Below are positions 8,824 through 17,250 of a DNA stretch of 45,901 nt, one piece after another. The notes beneath the pieces were generated by a model, which did no database searches, was not told the origin of the DNA, and saw only the letters and a program-made list of their open reading frames with translations. Position numbers and translations under genes: made by a program. The stretch lies in IMG/VR virus record IMGVR_UViG_3300033753_000202. One strand, given 5' to 3'. Within the stretch, counting starts at the first letter, position 1, and every line of letters begins with the position of its first letter. The DNA comes from an uncultured virus (IMG/VR IMGVR_UViG_3300033753_000202). Its lineage: Duplodnaviria > Heunggongvirae > Uroviricota > Caudoviricetes.

Positions 8824-9705
8824 ATGGTAGCGGTAGTTGGTTATGCCACGCCCCGAGTTTATTTAGGGGTACGCTCCAATCCTTCTTTTCGGAAGGAGCT
8901 TATTTTTCCGGACTTTGAAATTTCAAAGAACACTTCCTGTTCTATGTCGTCGGAAAAACTCCAGTTTTCTAAGTCTGATCGCCCGACTCAGAAGGATTTG
9001 GCGGTTTTGCGGGATCTGAATCTGCTCGATGACCTGCAAGCGAACCCAGCTTCGGAAGGAAAGAACCGTTGGTTTTTCTCCTATCGGGTGAAGACGGACG
9101 CTCCAACGGTCAAACAGCCGGATGTCAAGGTGTACTCGCTCGCAGAAGATGGGGTGCAAGAAGGGCTTACGCCGGAACGCCGAGAGGCACTTAAGAAGGC
9201 GGGCTTCTTGGTTTTGCGAATCGCAACGGTTGCTTGCGTGGCGTACTTTATCGCACCGGGGATATCGTTGTTGTGTAATCTCTTTACCGACTTCTTCCAA
9301 CATGTCTTTTCGAGCGTTTCGTCTTCCTTTGCTCCGGCTTCGATTCCTTCTGATATGGTGACGACACCGTTGATGTCTGATCCGCTGTCGGTAAGTACGA
9401 TGGTTCCGGTCGATCCACTCTCGGGGGTAGCGGCTTCTTCGGCTACGATTCCGGGGAGTGCGGCGGCAGTTCCGGTGATGGCGCAAGCTCCGGCGGTGAT
9501 TGGTTCGTCTCCGGGCTGGCAAATGGTTATTCGTCAGGTACTTTCGCTCGTTGACGTCCTTATCAAGGGTATCATTATCTTCGCGGGGGTATCGTGGATG
9601 TTCGGCAACCGGACTCGCGCCCTTGAGACGTTGCTGAGTGGGGGTATTGGTTACATCATTGTGCGGCATCATGATGATATCGCTCGGTTCTTTGCGTCGC
9701 TGTGA
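8824..9705 (+). CDS. Membrane protein with a C-terminal TrbC/VirB2-like pilin-type hairpin
   Basis: The C-terminal 'LVDVLIKGIIIFAGVSWMFGNRTRALETLLSGGIGYIIVRH' has the two-helix VirB2-like pattern. It is preceded by a TM segment and a Ser/Pro/Ala linker. Confidence 0.55.
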   Translation: MVAVVGYATPRVYLGVRSNPSFRKELIFPDFEISKNTSCSMSSEKLQFSKSDRPTQKDLAVLRDLNLLDDLQANPASEGKNRWFFSYRVKTDAPTVKQPDVKVYSLAEDGVQEGLTPERREALKKAGFLVLRIATVACVAYFIAPGISLLCNLFTDFFQHVFSSVSSSFAPASIPSDMVTTPLMSDPLSVSTMVPVDPLSGVAASSATIPGSAAAVPVMAQAPAVIGSSPGWQMVIRQVLSLVDVLIKGIIIFAGVSWMFGNRTRALETLLSGGIGYIIVRHHDDIARFFASL

Positions 9706-9730
9706 TACGATTTTGTGGGGAGGTTTTGCG

Positions 9731-10189
9731 ATGGCGATTAAGCGTACTGGGGACTTTGGTAAGTCTTCTAACGTCAATTTGGACTTTGAAAATCTGGGGA
9801 TCTCGAATGACTTCTCATCTTCTTGGGGCGACGATGCTTGGGGCGGCTCGAATGATTGGGGAGCGCCCAAACGTCGTCGCAACAAGTCCTTCACTTTCGG
9901 GAAGCAGGAGGAGTCTTTTGAATCGGCTCCGTATGATGACTGGGAGTCAGATGAATCGTTTGTCAATTCGTTCGCCAACGGTTCTTGGGGTGCGCCGCGT
10001 TCTAGGTATGGAAAAGTGCGTACCCGGTCTGTACAGCCGCGACGCCCTTCGAGTTATGGCGGTTATGGGGGTTACGCTCGTCGCCCACATGGCGGTCGCG
10101 GGGGTACACTTGGGGACATCCTGCGGCGGGAGGGGCAAGAAATTCAGCGTATCTTTATGGATGTGTTAAACACCTTTAGAATTTGGTAG
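9731..10189 (+). CDS. Low-complexity G/S/R/W-rich, probably disordered protein
   Basis: GGGAGG RBS before the ATG at 9731; WG repeats, YGG and RGG tracts, and a C-terminal amphipathic helix. Confidence 0.65.
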   Translation: MAIKRTGDFGKSSNVNLDFENLGISNDFSSSWGDDAWGGSNDWGAPKRRRNKSFTFGKQEESFESAPYDDWESDESFVNSFANGSWGAPRSRYGKVRTRSVQPRRPSSYGGYGGYARRPHGGRGGTLGDILRREGQEIQRIFMDVLNTFRIW

Positions 10190-10201
10190 GAGGTGGGGTA
10201 A

Positions 10202-10528
10202 ATGATTCTCCGTATTAACGGGCAGGTTGCCGCCTATCTGGAGCCTGTAGTGGAGGTGGCAAAGGAAGGCGGAGGTGGGATAGCAGGTTTTGTTCAAGAT
10301 AAGTTCATGGACTACATTGTCATCCCGGTGGCAAATTGGTGTGTTAAAGTTCTACATTCCATTTGGGACTTTATTGTCGCCAATTCGGTCGACTTTATCG
10401 AGATTGGGATCATAGTCTGTGCTATCGGGATTATGGTATCGCCCTTAATTGGGAAATCTCCGGGGGTCTGGGCGGGGAGAGCTATGCTGATCGCGTTCGT
10501 GGGCGCTGTCCTGCGGATTCTGACATGA
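10202..10528 (+). CDS. Small membrane protein (2-3 TM)
   Basis: GGAGGTG RBS and hydrophobic helices; the stop overlaps the next ATG (ATGA). Confidence 0.75.
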   Translation: MILRINGQVAAYLEPVVEVAKEGGGGIAGFVQDKFMDYIVIPVANWCVKVLHSIWDFIVANSVDFIEIGIIVCAIGIMVSPLIGKSPGVWAGRAMLIAFVGAVLRILT

Positions 10529-13320
10529 ATGCGAAGCGTTTATTTACCTTCAAGCGAAGGGAACTCCCGTCCGAGGATGAGTTGCAACCGTCGTTTTTAG
10601 ACCAGCTCCCCGCCCCTTTGCGGTCTTTAATCGACCGGGTCTTGGTAAATGAGGAGTACGATTTTGCGATATATCAGATTATTCCTCATTCCTCGACTCT
10701 CAATTCATCCTCTCGGCGTTTTCAGTCTTCTCTGTATGAGTTGCTGAATTATAAAGTTGGTTTGTTCCCTTGGGAACGGGGTACTAAATTCTTTTCATCG
10801 TTCAAAGCGGATAATCTGTATTTGAATATTTCGCAGAATCCGTCTTTCTGGTGGATGATGGTGCTTGAAGGATTAGAGGGTCAGGAAGGGCAGTATAATC
10901 ATCGTATTGGCTTCTATGTAGCCCTTCCTGTTGACTTTGCGGATGCTTTTGAGATCAAGTTTTCCAACCATTTGCAGTGGTCTAAGTGTACCTTGAAAAA
11001 CCTGCAGGATGCGGAGGTTCGCGCTCAGGGGTACTCTTATCAGCATCCCCCTCTTGAAAATACTGACATGTTCCTGCTGAAGTATAAGCGAAACAGCATG
11101 TTCTCGCTTGAGTTTGACTATAAAGATCAGCATCTTCCTATCCGAGAAATGATGGGTTTGGTTAGGGAGCTTGCTCCCGGCGAGCAAATTCAGTTTATCG
11201 TAAAGACGGAGGCTGTTCCTCGTCGAAGATGGCAAAACATTACGGATTACACTTGGAAGGTATGGGATCGTGGTGATGTTCCTCCGAAGGAAGGGTTCGA
11301 TGCTCAGGCGTTGAAAGACCAGCTTATCAAATTCGGTAGTTATAGCTACACCTACACCATCAACATGGTCGAGGATATTTTGCGGGGTTTTCGCGGAGCA
11401 TTATTTTTCGGGGGTAGTGAAGATCAGCCGATGTATCGAGAGTACTCTTATGTCTCTGCAGAACGTCAAGCTCTGTTGGTCAATGGAGATCTTTCTCGTC
11501 GGACTAAGACAAAGCGTTTCTTACCAACTTTCAAAACGCATATCATCATTACGGTTACTTCTCCAGATAAGGTTAAGCGTTCCATGCTTGGTAGGTCGTT
11601 TGCTAACACTTTGTCGGAACTTAATGGGGATAACGCACTTGTCTTAAAGCAGGTTAAGAATAATTTGCGTGAGGAGCTTATCAAACTTCGGAAGTTTAAG
11701 ACTGAGTTCCTCAATCCAAATGTTATGAGTGTTGAGGAGGTTGGGAAGTTGGAACAACTGCCTACTGCGGAGTTACAAAGGGAGTTTGAGGATTGTTTGG
11801 AGTCTAATCGTAGGGTTGAAATTGATATTTCTGATGAACTGGCAGAAGATCACGGTTTGTTGGCGGGTACGGTTACTAATCGTGGTGAGGTCTTGGATGT
11901 GCATATTCAGCGTAAAAATTTGGATTTGGCATCAACTGCGCGTATTGTTGTTGGTTCACCGCGTATGGGGAAAGATCAGCACGTTATCAACCTTGTGGTT
12001 GAAGGGCGCATGAATCATCGTATGGGTGCGGTGGTCTTGGACGTCATTAACGAGCAGAATGGGCATCGGGGTATGGCGGATGCGATTCGGGATCATTTAC
12101 CACCGGAATACGTTATTGATCTTAATCTTATGGATTACAAGAACCCAATTTATCTTGGACTTGAACCGATTATCAAGCTCATTGACGATTCTCGCATCGC
12201 CGCTGACCGGGTGGCGGAGGAAATTTGCTCGTTCTTGCTTACGGACTCTGATGCGGATCGTTTGCAGACTTCCGAGTTTCTCCGCGAGGCTTCTAAGCTG
12301 GCGAATGCTGATATGTTAGCGATTCGACACATCTTTACTTCGAAGGGGTATCGGGATGAGCTTCGCATGAAAGCTCCGTCGACGTTGGATACGGATATTT
12401 GGGATGACTATGACGCGCTTTCGGAAAAGCAACAAGTTATGATTTATACGCCAATCATGCGTCGTTTGGGGCAAATTGTTAATAGCGAGTATTTGAAACC
12501 GATTTTTTGTCAGCTTCCGAATCCGGAACTTGATTTGTATAAATTCATTGACGAAGGGAAGGTCATTATCTTCCGCATGAAGACTGGGGTAATGCCCCGT
12601 CGGGTTATCGAAATTCTGTGTTATTGGATCGTTCTTGTAACTTTCCTTATTAAATTAGCGCAGGACGGTAAGTCTCGTAACAATGAAGGGACGTTCCTCA
12701 TTTTGAACGAACCTCATCAGTATATGACTAAGGAATTGGCACATTTTATTCAACGTATTTTTGCAGAAGGACCGAAATACCGGTTCATTCCGACGCTCAT
12801 TTTCCACAATTTTAAGCAGTTCCGCGACGTACCGGGATTTGTGGATATTATGAAATCGGCTTCGGTTAACTGGCATTTGTTCCGTAATACGAATGAGGAA
12901 GTTTATAAGGAATTGTTTCCTTACTTGTCACGCACTTTTACTTCTCCACAAGAAGCCTTTGAAGCCACGAAGAAGTTTCAGTATATCGGTATTTGGCTCA
13001 ATCAGGATGGTGAGTATTACGATCCGTTCGTTGCAGATTCCCTTCCGTTGGTTTCGGAACGATATCCGACGCGGGACAATTCGCATCTGACTCTTGAGCA
13101 CTCGAAGCGTTTTGGTCGACCTATTGAAGAGGTTATGGAAAGCATTCGTGAGCGAAATCGTTATGCAAAATCTCTCGCTGGGGAGTCTTCGGAGCCGGAT
13201 GAGGAAGGGGTATCGCCATCTGGTAGTAAGTCTTCTGCATCGAACTCTGGTAAGAATTCCAGAGTTACGAACTCAAAGACCGTTCGTAGTTCTCTTGCTA
13301 AGTCAAGAGTTGACGAATAA
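10525..13320 (+). CDS. VirD4/TraD/HerA-FtsK-superfamily P-loop ATPase (~931 aa)
   Basis: Start at ATG 10525, coupled to the upstream gene. Walker A-like 'IVVGSPRMGKD', 'AVVLDV', 'IDEGKVIIF', Walker B-like 'FLILNEPHQY' and 'EGPKYRFIPTLIFHNFKQF' (cf. e.RKyg....la.Q...Ql). Confidence 0.7.
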   Translation: MNAKRLFTFKRRELPSEDELQPSFLDQLPAPLRSLIDRVLVNEEYDFAIYQIIPHSSTLNSSSRRFQSSLYELLNYKVGLFPWERGTKFFSSFKADNLYLNISQNPSFWWMMVLEGLEGQEGQYNHRIGFYVALPVDFADAFEIKFSNHLQWSKCTLKNLQDAEVRAQGYSYQHPPLENTDMFLLKYKRNSMFSLEFDYKDQHLPIREMMGLVRELAPGEQIQFIVKTEAVPRRRWQNITDYTWKVWDRGDVPPKEGFDAQALKDQLIKFGSYSYTYTINMVEDILRGFRGALFFGGSEDQPMYREYSYVSAERQALLVNGDLSRRTKTKRFLPTFKTHIIITVTSPDKVKRSMLGRSFANTLSELNGDNALVLKQVKNNLREELIKLRKFKTEFLNPNVMSVEEVGKLEQLPTAELQREFEDCLESNRRVEIDISDELAEDHGLLAGTVTNRGEVLDVHIQRKNLDLASTARIVVGSPRMGKDQHVINLVVEGRMNHRMGAVVLDVINEQNGHRGMADAIRDHLPPEYVIDLNLMDYKNPIYLGLEPIIKLIDDSRIAADRVAEEICSFLLTDSDADRLQTSEFLREASKLANADMLAIRHIFTSKGYRDELRMKAPSTLDTDIWDDYDALSEKQQVMIYTPIMRRLGQIVNSEYLKPIFCQLPNPELDLYKFIDEGKVIIFRMKTGVMPRRVIEILCYWIVLVTFLIKLAQDGKSRNNEGTFLILNEPHQYMTKELAHFIQRIFAEGPKYRFIPTLIFHNFKQFRDVPGFVDIMKSASVNWHLFRNTNEEVYKELFPYLSRTFTSPQEAFEATKKFQYIGIWLNQDGEYYDPFVADSLPLVSERYPTRDNSHLTLEHSKRFGRPIEEVMESIRERNRYAKSLAGESSEPDEEGVSPSGSKSSASNSGKNSRVTNSKTVRSSLAKSRVDE

Positions 13321-13344
13321 ATTACTTTTTAGGGAGGAATCTAA

Positions 13345-13515
13345 ATGAGCTTCTCTGTGAAAGATCTGTTGGTCTATTCGGAAGTTGTGGTGATTCGTTC
13401 TAAAGCCGCTTCTGAGTATCTTACCCCGGAAGGGTTGGCATTGATTCCGATTTTGGAGGCGCAAGTTTTGCAACGTTCCGTAAGGGAGCAAGCTCCGGTA
13501 GCGCAAGCAAACTAA
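13345..13515 (+). CDS. 56-aa hypothetical protein (below the ORF-track cutoff)
   Basis: GGGAGG RBS, MSFSVKDLLVYSEVVVIRSKAASEYLTPEGLALIPILEAQVLQRSVREQAPVAQAN*, followed by a terminator. Confidence 0.65.
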   Translation: MSFSVKDLLVYSEVVVIRSKAASEYLTPEGLALIPILEAQVLQRSVREQAPVAQAN

Positions 13516-13536
13516 TACTTTGTCACTCTACTTCCG

Positions 13537-13575
13537 AAAGGTTCGATCTATTACTGGTCGAACCTTTTCTTTTTG
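13537..13575 (+). terminator. Intrinsic terminator
   Basis: AAAGGTTCGATC-loop-GGTCGAACCTTT then a T-rich tract. Confidence 0.75.
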
Positions 13576-13644
13576 TCTTTATAAGGTAGTATCCCCTGTG
13601 CAGACATGAGGGTATATTGAGTAAATACGCAAAGGAGTCTTCGT

Positions 13645-13860
13645 ATGAATTTGTTGCATAGGAAAAGAAGTCTTCGTGCTTTGGTGCGGACGTTTATGGT
13701 CGTGTTAGCGTACCTGTTGACGCATCGTTATTTACCCCTAGAAGGGTGGCAGGGGGTATTGATCTCGGTCTTGATCGTTTTTGCACTGGATTTATTGGCA
13801 GTGCGAGTAATGAAGCTCTCGGGGGTACGAGGTTACTTTTACGAGAAACCAGATGAGTAG
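13645..13860 (+). CDS. Small two-TM membrane protein
   Basis: AAGGAG RBS and two hydrophobic helices. Confidence 0.65.
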   Translation: MNLLHRKRSLRALVRTFMVVLAYLLTHRYLPLEGWQGVLISVLIVFALDLLAVRVMKLSGVRGYFYEKPDE

Positions 13861-13868
13861 AAAGGGGA

Positions 13869-14069
13869 TTGATGAACATGGCGGCATTGTGGGAGTTTCT
13901 TACTTCTCCACTTTCTCGAATTTTCACCAGCTTGTATGCGTCTTTTTATAACGATTTGGTCGAGATCTTTCCTCCTGAGTTGCTTCCGTCGCCGGATTCG
14001 ACGGTATCAGTTCTTGGAATATCAATTCCAACTTTCTTGGTTTATTTTTGGTTTGCAGGTGACGATTGA
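13869..14069 (+). CDS. Small hydrophobic hypothetical protein
   Basis: AAAGGGG RBS; fills the gap between neighbouring genes; C-terminal hydrophobic segment. Confidence 0.5.
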   Translation: MMNMAALWEFLTSPLSRIFTSLYASFYNDLVEIFPPELLPSPDSTVSVLGISIPTFLVYFWFAGDD

Positions 14070-14084
14070 TGTTGGAGGTTGCTT

Positions 14085-14876
14085 ATGGAGCATATTTCAC
14101 TTCATCAGGACTTGGACTTGTTGTCCAGAATAAAGCAGGGTTTGGATAGGAACGAATTTTTCAATTTGTACCAACCCATTTATAACAATGACTCAACCCT
14201 TTCTTTAGCCGGGGTGGAGTGTTTGACACGTTGGAACTCTAAGGACTCGCTTCTTTCTGCGGCTGATTATATCCCGGTTATTGAGAACTCCATTCTTAAT
14301 TCTTACTTTTTCTTCTATACGCTGAATTTGGCGTTGAGTCAGTTGAAGGAGTATCTTTCTCCCTCTTTTAAGTTGTCGGTGAATGTTCCTTTCAGTTTGG
14401 TCTTTTTGCCGGAGTTTAGTTATAAGGTATTACATACGCTTCAGACGCAGGGAGTAGATCCTTGCTTCTTGATGTTGGAGGTTACGGAGACGCACATCCT
14501 CCCGAGGGGGTACATTCATCAACATCCTGAGATTTTGGTAGTTGCTGAAGGAGTAACGCTTATTATTGATGATTTTGGTTCAGGTTCGACCTCCCTCATG
14601 TATTTACACGATAGTAACTTTTCAGAGTTAAAGTTGGATCAAGCTTTCTTAAGCCCGTTTTATTTTGGTTCAACGCGCAACTTTGCTATTCTTCATAGTA
14701 TTGTGAAGCTTTGTAAGAAGTTGAATATTCTTACTACCCTTGAGGGTGTGGAGTCTGCGGAGCATCTCGAATTGGCACGGCGACTTGGGGTAGATAAACT
14801 GCAGGGGTACTATTTGTCGAAGCCTTTAACTTTAGATAATTTGACTGCTTTATTGATTAAGGAGGGTTCGAAGTGA
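14085..14876 (+). CDS. Stand-alone EAL-domain c-di-GMP phosphodiesterase
   Basis: YQPI, 'GVECLTRW' (ExL), 'LSVNVP', 'LEVTET', 'IDDFGSGSTSL', 'LKLDQAF', 'EGVE' and 'QGYYLSKP'. Confidence 0.9.
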   Translation: MEHISLHQDLDLLSRIKQGLDRNEFFNLYQPIYNNDSTLSLAGVECLTRWNSKDSLLSAADYIPVIENSILNSYFFFYTLNLALSQLKEYLSPSFKLSVNVPFSLVFLPEFSYKVLHTLQTQGVDPCFLMLEVTETHILPRGYIHQHPEILVVAEGVTLIIDDFGSGSTSLMYLHDSNFSELKLDQAFLSPFYFGSTRNFAILHSIVKLCKKLNILTTLEGVESAEHLELARRLGVDKLQGYYLSKPLTLDNLTALLIKEGSK

Positions 14877-15280
14877 GTAATCAAAGTGTGAAAAAGAACG
14901 CGAAAACTCATGCTCCCAGGGTGAATATTCGTGGTAAGTCCACCACGGACTCGTCGAGTTACTACATCCTTAGTCGGAATGTGAAAATTGATCAGACGAA
15001 TGGTCTGCTCATGGTAACCAAAGTTTTTGCGGAACGGCATCTTTCTCCTTCAGCGCGTAAATATGCTTGCAAGGTAGATGACGATTTTTACTACTGGAAC
15101 TGGGGTAGGGAGTCCTCGGTTGTAGTTTTTGAGGTTCCGCGCATTTTCAATCTGCAGTTCACGGAACTTATGCGATACCTCTACACCTACTGCATCGATT
15201 ATTTGAAGGAAAATGATCTTCGCGAATCGGTGTTGTACTATCGTTATATGGATAACTTTAATAAAGATTTGAGGTTGTGA
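14873..15280 (+). CDS. Hypothetical protein
   Basis: AAGGAGGG RBS; the GTG start overlaps the EAL gene end. Confidence 0.65.
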   Translation: MSNQSVKKNAKTHAPRVNIRGKSTTDSSSYYILSRNVKIDQTNGLLMVTKVFAERHLSPSARKYACKVDDDFYYWNWGRESSVVVFEVPRIFNLQFTELMRYLYTYCIDYLKENDLRESVLYYRYMDNFNKDLRL

Positions 15281-15284
15281 CGGT

Positions 15285-15869
15285 ATGCCGCCTATTAAAC
15301 GCAAACGTTCGGTCAATGAACTTCGGGTTCTCAAGGGCGTTGATCGCGTCCGCTATTATAACGAACAAATTGTGCCGCTGGCTCCGCTTGCCAAGCGGCA
15401 GTTTCAACCTATGTCACCTTCTCGCAACTCAGGGCTTTGTCCATTCCATCATGACACCGACCCTTCTTTCCGTAACTGGGAAGAGGGCGGTGTTTTCCAC
15501 TGTTTCGGTTGCGGGTATTCTGGGGATGTCATTAGGACGCATCAAATGATCCTTCAGCAGTATCATGGTATTAAGAAAACTGTGAAGGAAGTTGTGCATA
15601 TCCTTGCTCAGCTTTATAACATTCAGCTTGATGAGGAATCTGGGGACGACACGGACTCTCCTTTCCAGCGGGCACGGGGTATTCTTTTGGATAAGGACGC
15701 ACTCTCCCTTCCGAAGACTCAACCTTCTTTGTTGGATTTCACCAAAAGTAATGACCGGATTATTAAATCCAATCTTTCGCTGGAGGATAGAATCAGCAAC
15801 TTCGCCAACTTGGATTTGGTCATTTCGGCGTATTTGAGTGAATCTCGTCCGTCTGACGGAATGTTATAA
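15285..15869 (+). CDS. Stand-alone CHC2 zinc-finger protein (DnaG primase zinc-binding domain)
   Basis: 'GLCPFHHDTDPSF...FHCFGCGYSGDVI'; no Toprim domain follows. Confidence 0.85.
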   Translation: MPPIKRKRSVNELRVLKGVDRVRYYNEQIVPLAPLAKRQFQPMSPSRNSGLCPFHHDTDPSFRNWEEGGVFHCFGCGYSGDVIRTHQMILQQYHGIKKTVKEVVHILAQLYNIQLDEESGDDTDSPFQRARGILLDKDALSLPKTQPSLLDFTKSNDRIIKSNLSLEDRISNFANLDLVISAYLSESRPSDGML

Positions 15870-15886
15870 GGAAAGGAGGGGTATAT

Positions 15887-16936
15887 GTGTCAATACCACG
15901 GGCGCGATTTTTCAAACCTGTTGTTTCAACAGATATTTCCCATCTCTTACAGATCCCGGATCTTGGTGGCGCGAAAGCAGACACACCAACAGATTTCCTT
16001 CTTTCTATTCGTGCGGTAACGTTTAAGGACGTAATCGCTCATTTGGGAGATTTCCTTAGCCTTGACATTTCTGTTAACAGCACGGGCTGGGTGCGTTATG
16101 TCCAAGGTGAGCTTGCTTTTGGAACACGTAAACTTGAAGCCTTGGACGACTTGGGACGTCGACAGGAATTTCGTGAGTTTTTGAAAGAGATCACGCGGGG
16201 GTATTCCTTCGATCATGTGCTGGTGGAGGATGTAATTGGAGGGGTAAACTTCCGTACCAATAAAATCCTCTATCAACTCAATGTTATTCCTGACGATCTT
16301 ATCGCGGACGGGGTAATTCAGGCAAAAGCCCTTCTTCGGGAGGGCAACTCTGAATGGAAATCCGGACTTAAGAAAGTCTCCGGGTATTCTCCTTCGGTTA
16401 AAGGTTCGAGAGACGATAAAAAAGACACGATTGAAGCGTTACGCTTAATCGGGTTCAGCGACACGGAACCTAAGCCGCGTGAGGACGTGTGTGATGCGAT
16501 GGGGTTGGCGGTTGGAACGGCGTTTAACCGCTTCATTAAACCGAAGCCTAAGAAGAACACCAAGCTCCGCACGGATATTACCAAGGTCTATCGAATTGAG
16601 CAGTTCTTCAATGAGACGGACGCCGCCCTTCGCGCTCATGATCTTGGGGGTTATGTGCATACTTTGGATTTCACGGATCGACCTCGGGATTTGAAGTACA
16701 ATTTCCGTAAGTATATCGAAGAGCAGGAAGATGACTCCGGTATTTATCACATCATTGTTCCCACTACGCGAATCGGCTCCGTCGCCCTGCAACGGGGTTT
16801 TGACTTGTCGGATGAAATTACGCACCTTGTGGTGTATTTACCACGCAGTGTGAAGAAAAGCGTAAGGAGGGGTAGTCATGCAGGGGTTTCCGAATCAACC
16901 ACCGCATCCGGGTGTTCCACCGATGGAATCTCCTAA
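15887..16936 (+). CDS. ruvC: RuvC-like (RNase H fold) Holliday junction resolvase with extensions
   Basis: Catalytic pattern 'LSLDISVNSTGW', 'VLVED', 'SEWK' and 'EDVCDAMGLA'. Confidence 0.7.
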   Translation: MSIPRARFFKPVVSTDISHLLQIPDLGGAKADTPTDFLLSIRAVTFKDVIAHLGDFLSLDISVNSTGWVRYVQGELAFGTRKLEALDDLGRRQEFREFLKEITRGYSFDHVLVEDVIGGVNFRTNKILYQLNVIPDDLIADGVIQAKALLREGNSEWKSGLKKVSGYSPSVKGSRDDKKDTIEALRLIGFSDTEPKPREDVCDAMGLAVGTAFNRFIKPKPKKNTKLRTDITKVYRIEQFFNETDAALRAHDLGGYVHTLDFTDRPRDLKYNFRKYIEEQEDDSGIYHIIVPTTRIGSVALQRGFDLSDEITHLVVYLPRSVKKSVRRGSHAGVSESTTASGCSTDGIS

Positions 16937-17174
16937 GCCACCTCGTCGGACGAAGGCGAATTTAGAGGTATTTCTCAATCAGCTTATTCGTGCGCCACGT
17001 CCGGTAGCGTTTAGGCAGTTCAAGGAACCACCGGAGATTTTTCGCCACGCCTGTGTCCCCACGGGGGTAACCATTCTTCAGTCGCATCAGGCGACTTTTC
17101 CTGATGGGACTCCGTTGGTTTATGCTTGGTGCAACAAATGCGGAACCGGATATTATTACGCACCCTCTGAGTGA
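16878..17174 (+). CDS. Small Pro-rich protein with a putative Zn-binding motif (HxC...CxxC)
   Basis: AAGGAGG RBS, 'HACVP...WCNKCGTGYY', followed by a hairpin and T-run. Confidence 0.65.
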   Translation: MQGFPNQPPHPGVPPMESPKPPRRTKANLEVFLNQLIRAPRPVAFRQFKEPPEIFRHACVPTGVTILQSHQATFPDGTPLVYAWCNKCGTGYYYAPSE

Positions 17175-17250
17175 GGGGCTTTCTTTTTGCCAACTTACAA
17201 GTTACAATTTTTATAAAAGTCAAATCCTTTTGCGGTAAGGAGGTTTTTCA

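Noticed and set aside
10363..10524. N-terminal extension of the ATPase ORF in the ORF track
   Set aside because: It overlaps the 10202..10528 gene; the coupled ATG at 10525 is more plausible.
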